A DNA stretch of 64,000 bases from Anolis carolinensis. Taxonomy: Eukaryota. The stretch spans positions 5,960,647-6,024,646 of the forward strand of contig NW_026943820.1 in NCBI RefSeq assembly GCF_035594765.1, in the 5' to 3' direction. Within the stretch, counting starts at the first letter, position 1, and every line of letters starts with the position of its first letter. Shown here piece by piece: positions 37,831-51,162 of the stretch. The notes below the pieces were generated by a model. It did not search any database. It was not told the origin of the DNA and worked only from the letters and a program-made list of their open reading frames with translations. The position numbers and the translations under genes are program-made.

Positions 37831-38831
37831 GTAATAAAATATACAGAAGAACATACTGTGTCATCTCAGATATATGACTAATTAATAGATATAAAATAAT
37901 CCATGTGGCAGTTTATGTTAAGAGACCTATATGACAGTCTAAAGTAGCGACTTTGGCAAACCTAATATTCTAAATATACTTGCAACCAGAATACCAAATA
38001 ATGAGCATTAACTTGTGTATAGAAAGATGTATCTTTCTGCTTAGATTTGTTTTTAAAATGTGAATTTCTGCTGTAGCAAAAGCCTACTGGCTATGATGGC
38101 AGTCAGCAGCAAGTAACAGATCTGTTTGAATATAACAGTGCATCTGGGCAGACTGTGCTGCTACATCCCTTTGACTGTCATTGCTGTTATGTTATTTTAG
38201 ACTGCTTGGTATCAGGAAAGATAAGAGTTTCCTAGAACAAGAATGGGAAAACTTTAGCCCTACATGTGGCTGTTAGGAATTGTGCAAGTCCAAAACACCT
38301 TGAGGGTGTAGTTTGCTGTAGAACGAGAATGGAAAATGTTTCAAACTTTAGTCCTCCAAAGCCTCAGCCAATATGATGTTGAGAGTGGTACCCCAGAATA
38401 ATCGCAGGACCTAGAATTTCAGTTCCACATTTTCTGAAACCATCCTCTTGAATGCAACTGGATGATTATGTTAGGCTGAAATTCCCAGGATTCCTCACCA
38501 CTGGGTGGGCTGGGACTGTTGGAACTCTCTGTCTGAAAATGTCAGATGGCCTAAATCAGTCATTAAAATTAACGATATTCACAAAAAGTTGCCATCCAGT
38601 AGCAATGGAGGACCTAGACAATACCTAAGGGTGACACTCAGGCAACTTCCTGCAGAAACATAGTGTAGAATCTCCTGGAGAACATGCTTTGTTGGTTGTA
38701 GGTCAGTCAAACCACTGGCCCTACAAGTAAAGAAGTTATACTGTCATCTATTAGACATAGTTAATAAAGAACCAATAATATTTGGGGAAACAATAGAAAT
38801 AGTTCATTAATACTTCATCTTCTGTTCATAG

Positions 38832-38917
38832 CAGCTAGCCAGGTGGAGGCCAAGTTATGTGCTGTTGAAGATGACACTTTTGCTGTCTATCTTTATGTCA
38901 CAAAAAGGGGTGAAAAG
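38832..38917 (+). CDS. TDRD12: TDRD12 exon (TAGCAG tandem acceptor, alternative start 38835)
   Basis: [27 protein letters not shown]. Confidence 0.92.
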
Positions 38918-38982
38918 GTAAGCCATATGTCACAAATCTGTCTTCATATAATCTGTAAAACTGAGTATACAATGTGTCCTGA

Positions 38983-39265
38983 GAGCCACTGTGGTGTAGC
39001 GATTTGAGTATTGGACTCTGAAGACAAGGGTTCAAATCCCCATTTGGTCATGGAAAACCCCTGGGTGACCTTGGGCAAGTCACGGTCTCAGCCTCAGAGG
39101 AAAGCAATGGTAAAACTTTTCTGAACAAATACAGGGTGTTTGAAAAAGAACTCCCTAGTTTCCATTTAAATTAAATGGAAACTGGAGAGTTCTTTTTCAA
39201 ACACCCTGTATTGCCAAGAAAAGCCATGATATGGTTGCTGCATCAGAAGTAACTTGAAGGCAAAG
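38983..39265 (+). mobile_element. Old tRNA/CORE-like SINE interrupted by a mariner MITE
   Basis: gtggtgtagcg...gggttcaaatccc...gtgaccttgggcaagtcac. Confidence 0.65.
39132..39208. mobile_element. 77-bp palindromic mariner-type MITE
   Basis: cagggtgtttgaaaaagaactc...gagttctttttcaaacaccctg; TA TSD. Confidence 0.85.
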
Positions 39266-40278
39266 AACAAGAATATAATTTGTCAAGGCGATTGCCCGCA
39301 TCTGTTTGTGTGAACTAGTACTCCGTCAATGTAGCAGTAGTTGGAGTGTTCAGACAGTTGTTAATGAAAATTATATTACAATATCTTCTAAAATGTCTTT
39401 TTGTTGTTGTATGCAACCCTATAGCAGGGTTTTCTTGGATAATTTTATTCAAAGAGTCTTTACATTCGCCTTCCTCTGAGGCTGAGAGACTGTGACTTTC
39501 CCAAACTGAGTTGCAGTTTGAATCCTCATCTCTAAAGTCGTAGTCTTAACATTCAAATACACTCTGCTGGTTCTGAAAATAGTACAGAATTTTCTGTGGT
39601 TCAAGATGCATATGATGGTGAGCAACTGCAATTTGTTTATGCGTCTTCCATATTTACTTTTAAAATGGGCCCAGCTTCTTTTTCACACTGCTTCTGATAC
39701 TGTCATAGAATAGTCATTTATTTATTACCTAACAAGTATTGTTCTCCCTACATTTTCTGTTAAGAGAAAAATGGCACATCCAAAAAAAAAAGAGTATATT
39801 TTATAGAGCTGTGAATGGGACATATAGAATGGATTTCAGGTTCATAATTCATGGTAACATACAAAGGCAAGTAGAGAAACAAAGCTTGCCGATGTAGCTG
39901 CATGGTATAGGCTTAGGTAATTGGTGCTCTTGCAAAGAATAACTCAGGGTTAAAGATTTTTCTATGAATTGAAATTTAAGTGTGTAGTTCCAAGCTGTCC
40001 ACATTTATGCCTTAGCAGAGAGACACCATGCTATATAGCTTGTGTCTTAAAGAAGTTTCTTTAAGCTTTAAAAGAGGTAACTGCTCTTTAAGAGCAGAGT
40101 TGATGCTGCAGGGAAGTGCCTTGCCAGGTGGTCCCTATTACAAAGAACCAATTTTGTAAATTAGAATAGAGTGATACATCTCTGTCTCAGCAGACCTTGG
40201 GAAAATGTATTTTTGGAGCTGCAATTATCAGAATAGTATAATCACTTTTCAAATGCATAAAATCTACTTATTTCATAG

Positions 40279-40471
40279 GTATGTGTGAATGATGATCTTG
40301 TTGCAAAGAACTTTGCTTCTTCTGAGAAGAATGAGGAAAGATCTATTATTATGGAAGAACAAAACCAAGAAATACTAGGTCTCGAGTCTGTCTCAGTGTC
40401 AGAGATCAGTCCTGCACATATTCTATCGCCAACATCGCTGGATATCAAAGAACCCAAAGCTGTTGAAATGT
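40279..40471 (+). CDS. TDRD12: TDRD12 exon
   Basis: VCVNDDLVAKNFA...; donor T|GTGAGT. Confidence 0.88.
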
Positions 40472-41523
40472 GTGAGTGTGGCAGATTGTCAGTGGACAAT
40501 AAAAGAGATTTAAAGATGGGCTTAAAGCCAATCTTAAAAATATGGCATTAAGACCGAAAACAAAAGTCTTGGCACTTGAATGTTGTAACTGAAGGTGCAG
40601 TGGTTTCTTTGGTTCATGATTCTTGTAGTATGGTTTCGCATAATGAGTGAACACAGTCATACCATATCTACATATGGGAGAAGACACACATTAGATGTGT
40701 TTATTGTCTTGCAAATGTTGGTGGGTATGTGGTGGGAGCTGCCACATTTTGCAGATCCTTTTAGCAGCAGTTTGTTTGGGGCAGGAGGTGAGAAAGACAA
40801 TCTTATTAATAATTAAGATTTTAATAGCATGTGATTCGTCCCAAGGAAATTTGGGATTTGTTATCAGTCTGCTTATATTTTGAACAGCAGTCCTTCAAAT
40901 TTGTTTAGCAAACTGATGTGATGTGAGTGTCTGTTCTTTATTTCCTGTCCTTGTTATTCATGTATTTTAACCAACTGTTGTAATGAATCATAGTGTCATA
41001 GAGCTAGAAGGGCCCATAAGGGCTGTCTAGTCCAGCCCTCTGTCATATCGGAATACACAACTCACTATTGAACAGTAAACCCCCAACAGTAGTTAAAGTT
41101 TGTCATGGGGGGTGGTATGTGTGCCAGGTTTGGTACAAATCCACAATTGCTTTGCTTCATGGTTCTCTTCCATTGTATATGAACTACAACTCCCAAAAGC
41201 GTCGGTCAATCCCTACCAGTATTTTCTGTTGGTCACTTGGGGAGGGGGTCTGTGTGTGGTTTGGTCCAGAGTGGTTGTTGGCGGGAGTCCCAAGACTATT
41301 TGGATGTGGAAGCCATCTTGGAAATTACATACAAACATTGTGTGTGTGTAAACATACACATACAAACATATTTTCACTTTTATTATCTATCTACTATCTA
41401 TACTATACATCTCTCTCTATATACTATAGAGAGAGAGATGTAAATGTACATTAATTGAGGTCATAGATACTTTGTGTGTAAGATTTTTAAAAATTATATG
41501 TACTTTGATTGTGTTTACTTTAG

Positions 41524-41594
41524 GTAATGCTGTTTCTGATGACTTTGAGAAAAGTATAATGAAGATTCTACCAGAACCTGCCTCACAAAATAGA
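41524..41594 (+). CDS. TDRD12: TDRD12 candidate linker exon
   Basis: Open and phase-compatible (NAVSDDFEKSIMKILPEPASQNR); no recognisable homology. Confidence 0.55.
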
Positions 41595-42336
41595 GTAAAT
41601 GAATTTTGGAATCTTTAGACTATGAGTGGGTTGGCCTAAATAAACATGAACTGTGTTATTCAGGTCTCAGTTGTAAGTGCTTGTGAAATAGGTGCATTAA
41701 TTGCATAAGCTTCATGTTGTTGAACATTGAATTCCCTATTGTTAGCAAAACAACTAGATGTAGTCCTTGTTTCCTACTGTATTCATACCATAATGGATAG
41801 ACACCATTAGGATTTCCTGTGTTGAGTACCAGATTTGCATTCCCTTGCCTTATTTCTGTCTATAACTGCAGAAACGTACATTGATCAGAGATTGTGTTCA
41901 ACATAGAAGGACTATCATTTGTGTTTCGTAGTAGCAATTAGAAAATGTATCCAGTTCCTTGAGGAATAATCAGCTTTACACAGCCTTAGTGTACAGTCAG
42001 TGTATTGACATGCATAACATTATCAGATCATGTACAGAAGATAACTTTGTAGAGACCTGCTCATATTGTTTTCCCTCTTTGGCCGTGTTTATATTTATAA
42101 CTACCAAAGTAGGATCTCAGCATTGCTGAAGCTATCTCCTAGTTGTTCCTGTACAGTGATAGAAAACACTATCAGTGAAAGATGGTCTGCATTATTATAC
42201 TGTGTTTCAGAGTGATACAAAGCGTGCCATTTTTGGTCAAGTCCTGAAATCAAGTAGCTTAATAGAAGTGTAAAAATTCCCTGCTTCCTAAGTCACTGAG
42301 AAGAAATCTTTAGGATATTTTTCTTTCCTCTCTTAG

Positions 42337-42407
42337 GATGTAATGGTGGCAATCCCTTCCCTGAAACCAGGTGTAAAAGTTTCTGTAACGGAACTGCAAA
42401 CAGACAG
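42337..42407 (+). CDS. TDRD12: TDRD12 candidate linker exon
   Basis: Strong pyrimidine tract and AG; DVMVAIPSLKPGVKVSVTELQTD; AG|GT donor. Confidence 0.55.
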
Positions 42408-42522
42408 GTATTATTTACATCTTCCCATCCAATGCTTTTATACATAGGCAAGAATTAGAACCTATTCTGCTAAACTAAAGGCACCATTATGAAATTGTTG
42501 ATTGCTTTGAAAGAACCAAAAA

Positions 42523-42775
42523 TTTTTTTTTTATCGTGTCAGAAGCGAATTGAGGCAAGTTGCTACTGGTGTGAGAGAATTAGCCCTCTTCAAAGACGTT
42601 TCCCAGGAAACACCCAGATGTGTTACCACCCTGCAGGGGGCTTCTCTCATGTCCCTGCATGAAGCTAGGGCTGACAGATGGGAGCTCACCCCGTCTCGAG
42701 GATTCGAACCACCAACCTTCAGGTCAGCAGTTCAACCGGCACAAGGGTTTAACCCATTGTGCCACCGCGGCTCCC
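42523..42775 (-). mobile_element. SINE2 copy
   Basis: Family similarity. Confidence 0.8.
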
Positions 42776-42953
42776 CAAGAGCCAAAATAATTTGTTTTAG
42801 ATAATTCAGTTTTTCAATTTTATTTCTCAGGCGCTTGTCTTGTGCAATTATTTGTCAATGTAACAACTTTGTTACTTAAATTTGTCATGTGCTTATACAG
42901 GAAAAGGTGTGATTCAGCTCTTCATTCACTTACTGTGTGTCCCATTTCAAATA

Positions 42954-43287
42954 CTCTAGAGTCTCACTTATCCAAGCTTCACTTATCCAATGTTCTGTAT
43001 TATCCAACGCAGTCTGCCTTTTAGTAGTCAATGTTTTTGTAATAAATCTTGCAATATTTTGGTGCTAAATTCATAAATACAGTAATTACTACATAACATT
43101 ACTGTGTATTGAACTGCTTTTTCTGTCGATTTGTTGTAAAACATGATGTTTTGGTGCTTAATTTGTAAAATCATAATGTAATTTTATGTTTAATAGGCTT
43201 TTTTCTTAATCCCTCCTTTTTATACAACATTTTCACTTATCCAATGTTTTGCTGGCCCGTTTATCTTGGATAAGTGAGACTCTACTG
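42954..43287. mobile_element. Tc1/pogo MITE
   Basis: Same TIR family as 26921. Confidence 0.85.
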
Positions 43288-43491
43288 TAAGTTGAGTCTT
43301 TTCCTATCAGATTCTGTAACCTTACATAGAAATCAGAAATACAATGACATAAAGGAACAAGGCAAGATTTCTAAACAAACCAACAATGTAAAAAATGTCA
43401 GGAAAGCAAAATCCATCACATACAACATTCTTCATTCAGTCATTTGCATCCTGGCCACTATTTTCTTTTGAGATTGTGTGTTTCACTCTAG

Positions 43492-43563
43492 CACCTCATT
43501 TAAGACAACTGCAAATGCAAAGGAGATAGAAGAAAGTCTTTACAACGGGAACACAAGCACGAA
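43492..43563 (+). CDS. TDRD12: TDRD12 candidate linker exon
   Basis: Phase 2-2 open reading TSFKTTANAKEIEESLYNGNTST; GTATGT donor. Confidence 0.5.
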
Positions 43564-45423
43564 GTATGTATTTTTTCTTATTTCTGTTATTTATGCAGAT
43601 GCTCAATTAATTGGTTAATTAACAAAAAGTATACTGGTAATTTTTTCAAAGCTTATAATTTTCAATGGTAACTGAGGTTTGAATTCTGATAACTTAGGAA
43701 CTTAATTTTTTTTTGCAAATAACCAAAGTGGAAAGAAAGTTATATATATTTATTTTATTTATTTTATTTACATCATTTATATTCCGCCCTTCTCACCCCG
43801 AAGGGGACTCAGGGCGGATCACATTACACATATTAGGCAAACATTCAATGCCTTTTTAACACAGGACAAAGACAAACAAACAAACATATATATAGGCATG
43901 GGCTACCAGCTGTTAGAAATTGTGGGAGTTGAAATCCAAAACACCTGGACGGCCAAAGTGTGCCTGTACCTTCACCTCAGATTTCCTCTTATTGGATCAC
44001 TACTACTAATTCTTTATTATTCTTGTACCTCTTTCTTATTTTAGTCAACTTTGTGAAAATCATTTTGTTCCTCTCTATGTTTATTTATTTTCCATAGGTT
44101 TGAGCAGAGGAGTGCTACAAAAGAAGCAACGGAGATCTCAGATGATATCAGGGGAGTAGAAAAGAATAATAGAATAGGATATTGTCATTGTATATAGTAT
44201 AACAAAATTAAAATGCAATCCCCAGTGCACATGATATGTACAAATTACAAAACAAAGAGCCCATCCTTCCTCACTTTAATGGCTATTGCACAACCCTTGG
44301 TGCATAGTGTTCATTGTGGGTCAGGTCCCTGAGAATGCTTGTAGTTTCTCCAGCTGGAAAAAGATAGGGGAGAATAACTCTGTCCCTTTAAAAACAGGCT
44401 CTTTCATTCAGAAGATTTATTCCCACTGCTGTCCAAAGCACTGGCAATCCACAGCCCTCAACTGCTTAAAGTTGTACCATCCTCTTGTTTGTTTATCCAG
44501 TACAAATACCTTCAAACTGGATGTTTTTTCCAATTAGTGTTTTAACTAATGAAAACAAAATGAGATGCTGAATGAGAGGGAAAACAAGGAGTAGAGCTAG
44601 TGGCCATCCTCCCAAACTGTATAGGACCTAAAGGTCTGTGTGATACATGTAGTTGTGGCTCTCCTTTCAGGAGCTATGACCTGTAAAGAAAGTCATATCC
44701 TTTAAAAAAGGCGGGGGGGGGGGGGAGAAAATGGGGAAATGCATTAAAAATTGTTCATAAAGACTCATCTGTTGCCATAGATCTTCTATGGCAGCTTCCT
44801 CCTTTGCCAGTGTTTGAGCAAGCATAGTGGAAGATGTCGTTAACCGTAATAATCTAGATAATGTAAACTCACAACAGCATTGCAGCTGCTTTCATGTTTG
44901 TTGCCACCAGTGAGACAAAATATTCCTTTTAGATACTAATGTGATACAATACTTGGGAGAGTGCTGAGCTAGGGTCCTACAGGCTCAGATTTAAAGCCTG
45001 ATGAGCTATAAGACTTAGAGTAGCTGCGTAGAAGCCACCCAGATTTAACTTGCATCTTACGTTTATTCTTTGTTTTGTGTAATTTGATATGTATTTTGTG
45101 AAAATATGTTTTAATATGTGCATTTTAAACAATGTTTTTAGATGAAGGTGTGTTTTAACAATGTTGTAACCTGCCATGAGCCATAAGGAGAGGCGGGCAA
45201 GAAATAAACATCATCATCATCATCATCATCATTATTGTGTTATATATAAACCTAATTTGCAACAAAGGGTGGCTATTGCAGTAAGAAAGGGAATGGGCTG
45301 CATATTTTGCTTCAATCTCTTTAGAAGGGCCAGCCATAACATAATATGAAGAATCTAAAAAAAAATTAAGTCTGTATTAGTAATATTTGTTTTTGAAAAG
45401 CTCTTTTTAAAATATATTTTCAG

Positions 45424-45484
45424 GCTTCTACAGTTTTTAAACCCTTATCCTTTGAAAGCTGCTGATGCAGAAGAAGAGACGGGG
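45424..45484 (+). CDS. TDRD12: TDRD12 exon
   Basis: LLQFLNPYPLKAAD, matching the conserved LLQFLNPDPL. Confidence 0.9.
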
Positions 45485-45665
45485 GTATTGTAATTTTAAA
45501 CTTCCATTCTGTCTAATTTTTTTGTATATTTTAATACTTATTTTATAGAAATACACTCTACTGAGTGTTTTTAAATGATAGTGTTTTGATTATGTGCTTT
45601 AACAATGTTGTAACCCGCCTCAAGCCATGAGGAGAAATATACAACCAATCTGTGTAAGAAATGAA

Positions 45666-45708
<43 letters not shown>

Positions 45709-46094
45709 CAAGAATTGAACTACTTCACTGATTTTTTCCAATCACTTTTTAGTACTGTTGGCTTGATATTAATCTATAATCTATAATATGGAAATCTATA
45801 ATAGGAAATCTATATATATATTTATGAAATAATATGAACCTATACTAATGTTTGGTGCCTAAAAGTTGAATAATTTTGCATTTCCTTTATTCTTACTTTT
45901 TAGAGTCTTGATACTATGTTCATGAAATACATGTAATTTCTCTTCACTGTTATCTTAAAATGCACAGATTGATTGTATATCTTTTAAAAGGGAAGAAAAT
46001 AAAAGTGAAGAAAATATTTGTCACTGAACACAAAATTGAAAGCTAGCCTTCATATGTATCCTATGTAATAGTGCCCTAATTTTTCACTTTTAAG

Positions 46095-46199
46095 GAGCAT
46101 CAGGTGAATCTCAGTGCACACTTCCCGGTTGTTCTTAGTCATAAAATCGCGCCATGCACATCTCTTGAAAAAGCACCATTGTTTCCAGCTCTAAAACAG
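46095..46199 (+). CDS. TDRD12: TDRD12 exon
   Basis: PVVLSHKIAPCTSLEKAPLFPALKQ. Confidence 0.9.
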
Positions 46200-46487
46200 G
46201 TAATATTCATTATCTATTACCTATACACATCTATGCATATCTAACTATTCTGTACACATAATAATATTGAAAATGTGTATATATGTATGTGGCGGAGGTG
46301 TCCATTTACCCAGACAGCCTCTGGCCCTCACAAATAGGCTATAGTTCTGAAGAGTTAGGCGCCTTATTAATAAGAAAGCTCTGCTTGTGTGCATACTGTA
46401 GTTCGGTTTGATTATAACTTTTCCTTTGATTTTTCGTATAAGCAAATGCAACAATATTCTAATATAAGTATGTCTTTGTTTCTGTAG

Positions 46488-46670
46488 GAGCTCCTGAGGA
46501 AGAAATTTGTGGGCCCTAATCATGTGCAATCATATTCCTGGCCAGCAATAGCCCGTGGCTATGATTCAGTAGTCATCTGTCCTGAAAATGACCCACTTAT
46601 ATATCTTCTGCCAATTATTACATTTCTGCAGTCAAGGAATTGCTATCTGTCCTTGCCAGCTAGGAATGGC
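46488..46670 (+). CDS. TDRD12: TDRD12 exon (helicase Q motif / degenerate motif I)
   Basis: GPNHVQSYSWPAIARGYDSVVICPENDPLIYLLP...LPARNG. Confidence 0.95.
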
Positions 46671-46769
46671 GTAAGTATAATCTTCATCCTGTGCTCAAAG
46701 GTTCCCTTCATTCCACTTGCAAAGTATAGGGTGCCATGTACAAATATGTGAAAGGCTATCCTAAGGAAG

Positions 46770-47530
46770 AGAGCAGGCTTGTTTTCTGCTGCCCTGGAAA
46801 CTAGGAATTGGAGCAATGGGTTCAAATTACAAGAAGGGAAATTCCACTTGATCATTAGGAAGCATTTCTTGACTGTAAGAAGAGCTCTTCAACAGTGAAA
46901 CTCTCTGCCTCTTGAGTTCAGAGAGACTCCTTCTTTGGAGACTTTTAAACGGAGGCTGGATGGCCATCTGTTGAGGGTACTTTTTGCTTTTCCTGCATGG
47001 CAGAAGGGGGTTGTGTTGGGGATTATGGATGATAGATGGAAGCTCTTACTTGTGCCCGTGAGCCCAGAGATACCCTGCAGAATAATGCACCACTCAGCTG
47101 TGCAGAACAAAGTAACACAGGAACTTTTACTTAATCCAAAAGATTAAGAACATTGGTATTTACAATAGTCCCTCAGGTTGCTTACAGAAAACAGCAGTTA
47201 TAGTCAATCCTTTCGAAGTCCATGAATCTGCTTCAGTGAAGATTTGCAGCAAACAAGGCCTCAGAAATAGTCAGGCCTCTCTGAGTACAGAGCCATCTTC
47301 TTTCCAGCCAGTACTCAGAAGACACACACACACACACACACACAGAGAGAGAAACCTGTTCAAAGTGATTCTCTAGCAGCAGGATAGCAACAGTTACAAA
47401 CCAATTCCCCAGGTCCTTGCAAACTCAGTCAATTGGCTTCATGCATTTGATTTTCCAGTTAACACACATATAGTATCTTTGCAAACCCTGACGGGTTGGA
47501 CTGGATCGCCTTTGGGGTTGCCCCTATTAC
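46770..47530 (+). mobile_element. CR1 LINE 3' fragment split by a solo LTR
   Basis: gcaatgggttcaaattacaag...aggctggatggccatctg...ggttggactgga. Confidence 0.75.
47014..47493 (-). mobile_element. Solo LTR (480 bp)
   Basis: 5-bp TSD ggttg; TG...CA-type termini with one end mutated; short terminal inverted repeat. Confidence 0.65.
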
Positions 47531-48139
47531 CATTACTACTACTACTTCTACTTCAAAGACTGGGTGGCCATCTGTCAGGGGTGCTTTGATTGTGCTTTTC
47601 CTATCTGGCAGAAGGGGGTTGGACTAGATGGCCCTTGTGGTCTTGTCCAACACTATGATTTAAGCAGTAAATATGTGTGGCTCTTTTTCTACAATTGCTT
47701 TTGAGAATTGGCTTTTGTGCTTTGATACGCATTGCATCTCAGTAGGAAGAACATCTGGGTTGTGTGGCATTTCTCTGAAGCCTACATTCTAAAGCATAAG
47801 ATTCATAGTGATGGTAAGCCAGTTAGGCAGCAGCTATCTTTCTCTTCCCATTAAAATTATGCAGCTGCTTAAATGCTGAGAAATGGATGTGTTGAAAGCT
47901 GTAGCCTCTTCCCAAAGGTAGATGAGTCCAGCCAGTTGCTTGTCAACTCATCTGAAGCTAGCTGCACCAATAGAACTCCATCCAGTATAAAATGCAATGT
48001 GATTGTTTTCTCTATATATGTTTTTAAGTATTTCGAGTTATTTATATTCATCTGAACAATGTGTTTTTTTTAAAAAGAACTGTTTGATAATCTTAAGCCT
48101 TTCTGATGTTAGTATAATGTGTTTTGTGTGTTTGTATAG

Positions 48140-48296
48140 CCAGTTGCATTAATCATATGTACCAGGCAAAGGAAAGCAGAACTAGTTTTTGAGTTTGTGG
48201 AAAAATACACTCATTGTTCCAGGCCTCTTCACCCCTTATTGCTCTCAGTGGGAATGAATAAAGAAGAAATCAAGAGTGTGAGAATTCCTAGAGGGT
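48140..48296 (+). CDS. TDRD12: TDRD12 exon (helicase)
   Basis: PVALIICT...SRPLHPLLLSVG...IPRG. Confidence 0.95.
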
Positions 48297-49088
48297 GTAA
48301 GTTATGTAACATATAATCTTTTATGTTGAAAATATGAAGGGATTAATGAATGAACACATCTGGATTATTTATTTGCTACATTTATATCCCGCTCTTCTCA
48401 CCCCAAAGGGGACTCAGAGCAGCTTACAAATCAAATGTACATACAATATATTATTAGCATAGCACAATATAAGCATTAAATTACTATATTGTACTATATT
48501 ATTATATGGTAAGATTATTAGAAATATTACATTTAATATATAATACATAATTAATATTATATTGTATTATTAGTATAATATTGTATTACATTATAATATC
48601 AACATTATATGTATAATACAATATATTATATATTTATACATTATTGTATATTATATATATGTGTGTGTATATATAGCATGTTGCTGTGGCACAGGAGACA
48701 AGATGGAACTATCTTGCTGGCTCCCAGGTTGGTATGATGTCTTCCTGCCCCCCCCCCCCCCTCCTTCACTCTGGCCTCAGAGTGACACTTATTCCTTGGT
48801 GGGAGGAGTTTCCAACTGATGACACAGGAGACAGGTTGGTATGAACCAATGACACTGTATAAAAACAGAATTATATATGAATGTCTCCAACCCAAGGACA
48901 GGAAATCACCAAAATGGGAGGAGGGGAAGGTATCACCGAATGTGAATACTGCATAGATGTTAGGAAGTATTGTATCAGTTCATGTATATACGCATGTATA
49001 TAGATTTGTTTTCCTTTTTAATGAATATTTATATTGAAAATAGAAAACAGACTTAAAAGACCTATAATAACTTTTCTGATTTTAATAG

Positions 49089-49216
49089 GTGAATTAATTG
49101 TAACAACCCCGTATAGCCTTTTGCGGTTACTTGAGTGCCATAGCTTAATGTTCCTCAGGCTGTGTCATCTTGTGCTTGATGAAGCTGAAGCCCTATTCTC
49201 TGAAGCTAATGATCAA
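49089..49216 (+). CDS. TDRD12: TDRD12 exon (helicase motifs Ib/II, DEAE)
   Basis: LIVTTPYSLLRLL...LCHLVLDEAEALF. Confidence 0.95.
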
Positions 49217-49416
49217 GTAAGTGTGGATTTTTGTCATGACAGAAAAGCGGTTCAGTATGAAATCTGAAGAATATCCAGCAATGGTTGGGCTGAGCTAAGC
49301 TATATAAATATGGCAAAGTTGGGTGAGATGCAGCCTTCTAAATGTTGGACTACAAATGGGGTATGGTGGCTAACACTGATTGAAATTCCAAATCCACAAT
49401 TTTTATGGGTTTCCTT

Positions 49417-49467
<51 letters not shown>

Positions 49468-49837
49468 CTTTATATTCCGCCCTATCTCCCTGAGGGGACT
49501 CAGGGCAGTTCCCAACAAAACCGGTAGGCATTCAATGCCTTAATTAACTAAACAAAAACAAATAGACAATGCAACTTTTACCCATCCTGTGTTGCTAAAA
49601 CTTGATTCCTTTTCTCTAAAATTGAGCATAGCCCTATCAGTAGGAAAAGAGAGCTGATACGGAGATAGGAAATAGGTGTGCTATTCTAGAAACCCAAAAT
49701 TTAATTGATTCCAAAACAGCGATTACCTAGCAAGATGTTGCTTTAGTTGCCATTCATATCTGTGTAATTTCAACCTAGAGTATTCACCACCTGAGCAATG
49801 TAAAAAGTAAAAATGCTGGTTAATTCCATTTTTATAG

Positions 49838-50029
49838 GTATTTAATATTTTAGAACATTACAAAAGAAGCCTGAATGATGAAGTGAAGGAGTATGTGCCC
49901 CAGCAAATTGTTGCTATTGGAAGTCGCTGGACCAAAAAACTGGAATATTTAACTAAAGAGTTCATGAATGATCCATATGTTGTGATCACATCCTTGGAAG
50001 AAGCCGCAATATATGGGAATATACAGCAG
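49838..50029 (+). CDS. TDRD12: TDRD12 exon
   Basis: PQQIVAIGSRW...KEFMNDPYVVITSLEEAAIYGNIQQ. Confidence 0.95.
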
Positions 50030-50476
50030 GTAAATTAATTTGGATTTTTATATAGCTCATTGATATTAAATGTGCTTACTTTGGGGATGTATAGAATAAA
50101 CAGAAACAGAAACGTCAGAAGGGAATGTTTCTGGAACATGGCCATACAGCCCGGAAAACTCACAGTAACCCAAAAAGAAACAGAGCTGTTTGTTTTCAGG
50201 CTGGATCACCCCTCATCCTCCTCCCCTTTTGGTGTTTTATTTTTTTTAAAAAAAAACAACCACAGAAAACAGAGATCCAAAGGCAGATTTTTTTCCCTCA
50301 CATAATAGTCTTGCCCCCCTTTTTAATGAAAAAAGGGGGAAAGTGTAACTAGTATATTATGCAATTAAATACAGTAAATATTTCACAATGAAAGAAGCAA
50401 AAATAAAAACAGTTTTTTCTAGGATAAGAATTACTTAAGCCAAGAGCTGATCATTTTGCATTGTGCATTTTTCTAG

Positions 50477-50605
50477 GTGGTACAGGTTTCCCTTGAATGT
50501 AACAGAATCTCCATTTTACTTCAAACACTGGATTTCACTCCTCATAATGCTCAGAAGACATTGATTTTCACCAGTTCTGTGGAAGAAACAGATAATATTT
50601 GCAAG
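50477..50605 (+). CDS. TDRD12: TDRD12 exon
   Basis: [25 protein letters not shown]. Confidence 0.95.
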
Positions 50606-51162
50606 GTAATTTTGTCTTCTCTCAAAAAACAGGCTTTCTCAGCTATATTATTGGAGTTCTAACAGCATATCTTTTGCGTAATGCCTCCCTGTCATTATTT
50701 TTCAATACGAACATCAGTGTTCTTGTGTTTAATTTCTCTGTGTTATTAATAATTTATTTTCAAATTGTATCCCAAACTTGCTTGTAATTGGGTGTATCTT
50801 CTCCAAAATACACAATTTACTAACTGAACAGATTGTTTTTCAGAATGCATTTGCTTCTAAAAAAATGTCCAATAGTAAAGAAAATCTAACTAAAAGTTGT
50901 TCATACGTTATCACTTGAAATTATGTCTCTCGTTTAGTTTCATTTCGAAGATAAATTAAATTATTTATGTTGGATTGTTGAGAAACCCAAGCTTTTATTA
51001 CTGAATATAGTAGCAATATGATGTTGTTGTTGTTTTGAAAGCTCCTTATCTGCACCAGCATTCTTAAGAAATTGTAACTTTTTTTAGTCAACATCATTAT
51101 TATGTTTTTCTCGCCACAAAGGAGACTCAAAGTGGCTCAATGATTTTTATCTTTGTAATCAG

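Noticed and set aside
44695-44703. ATATCCTTT, a U12-type AT-AC donor after a possible 24-nt exon
   Set aside because: No matching U12 branch site or AC acceptor found at the next exon; a 9-mer can occur by chance in AT-rich DNA
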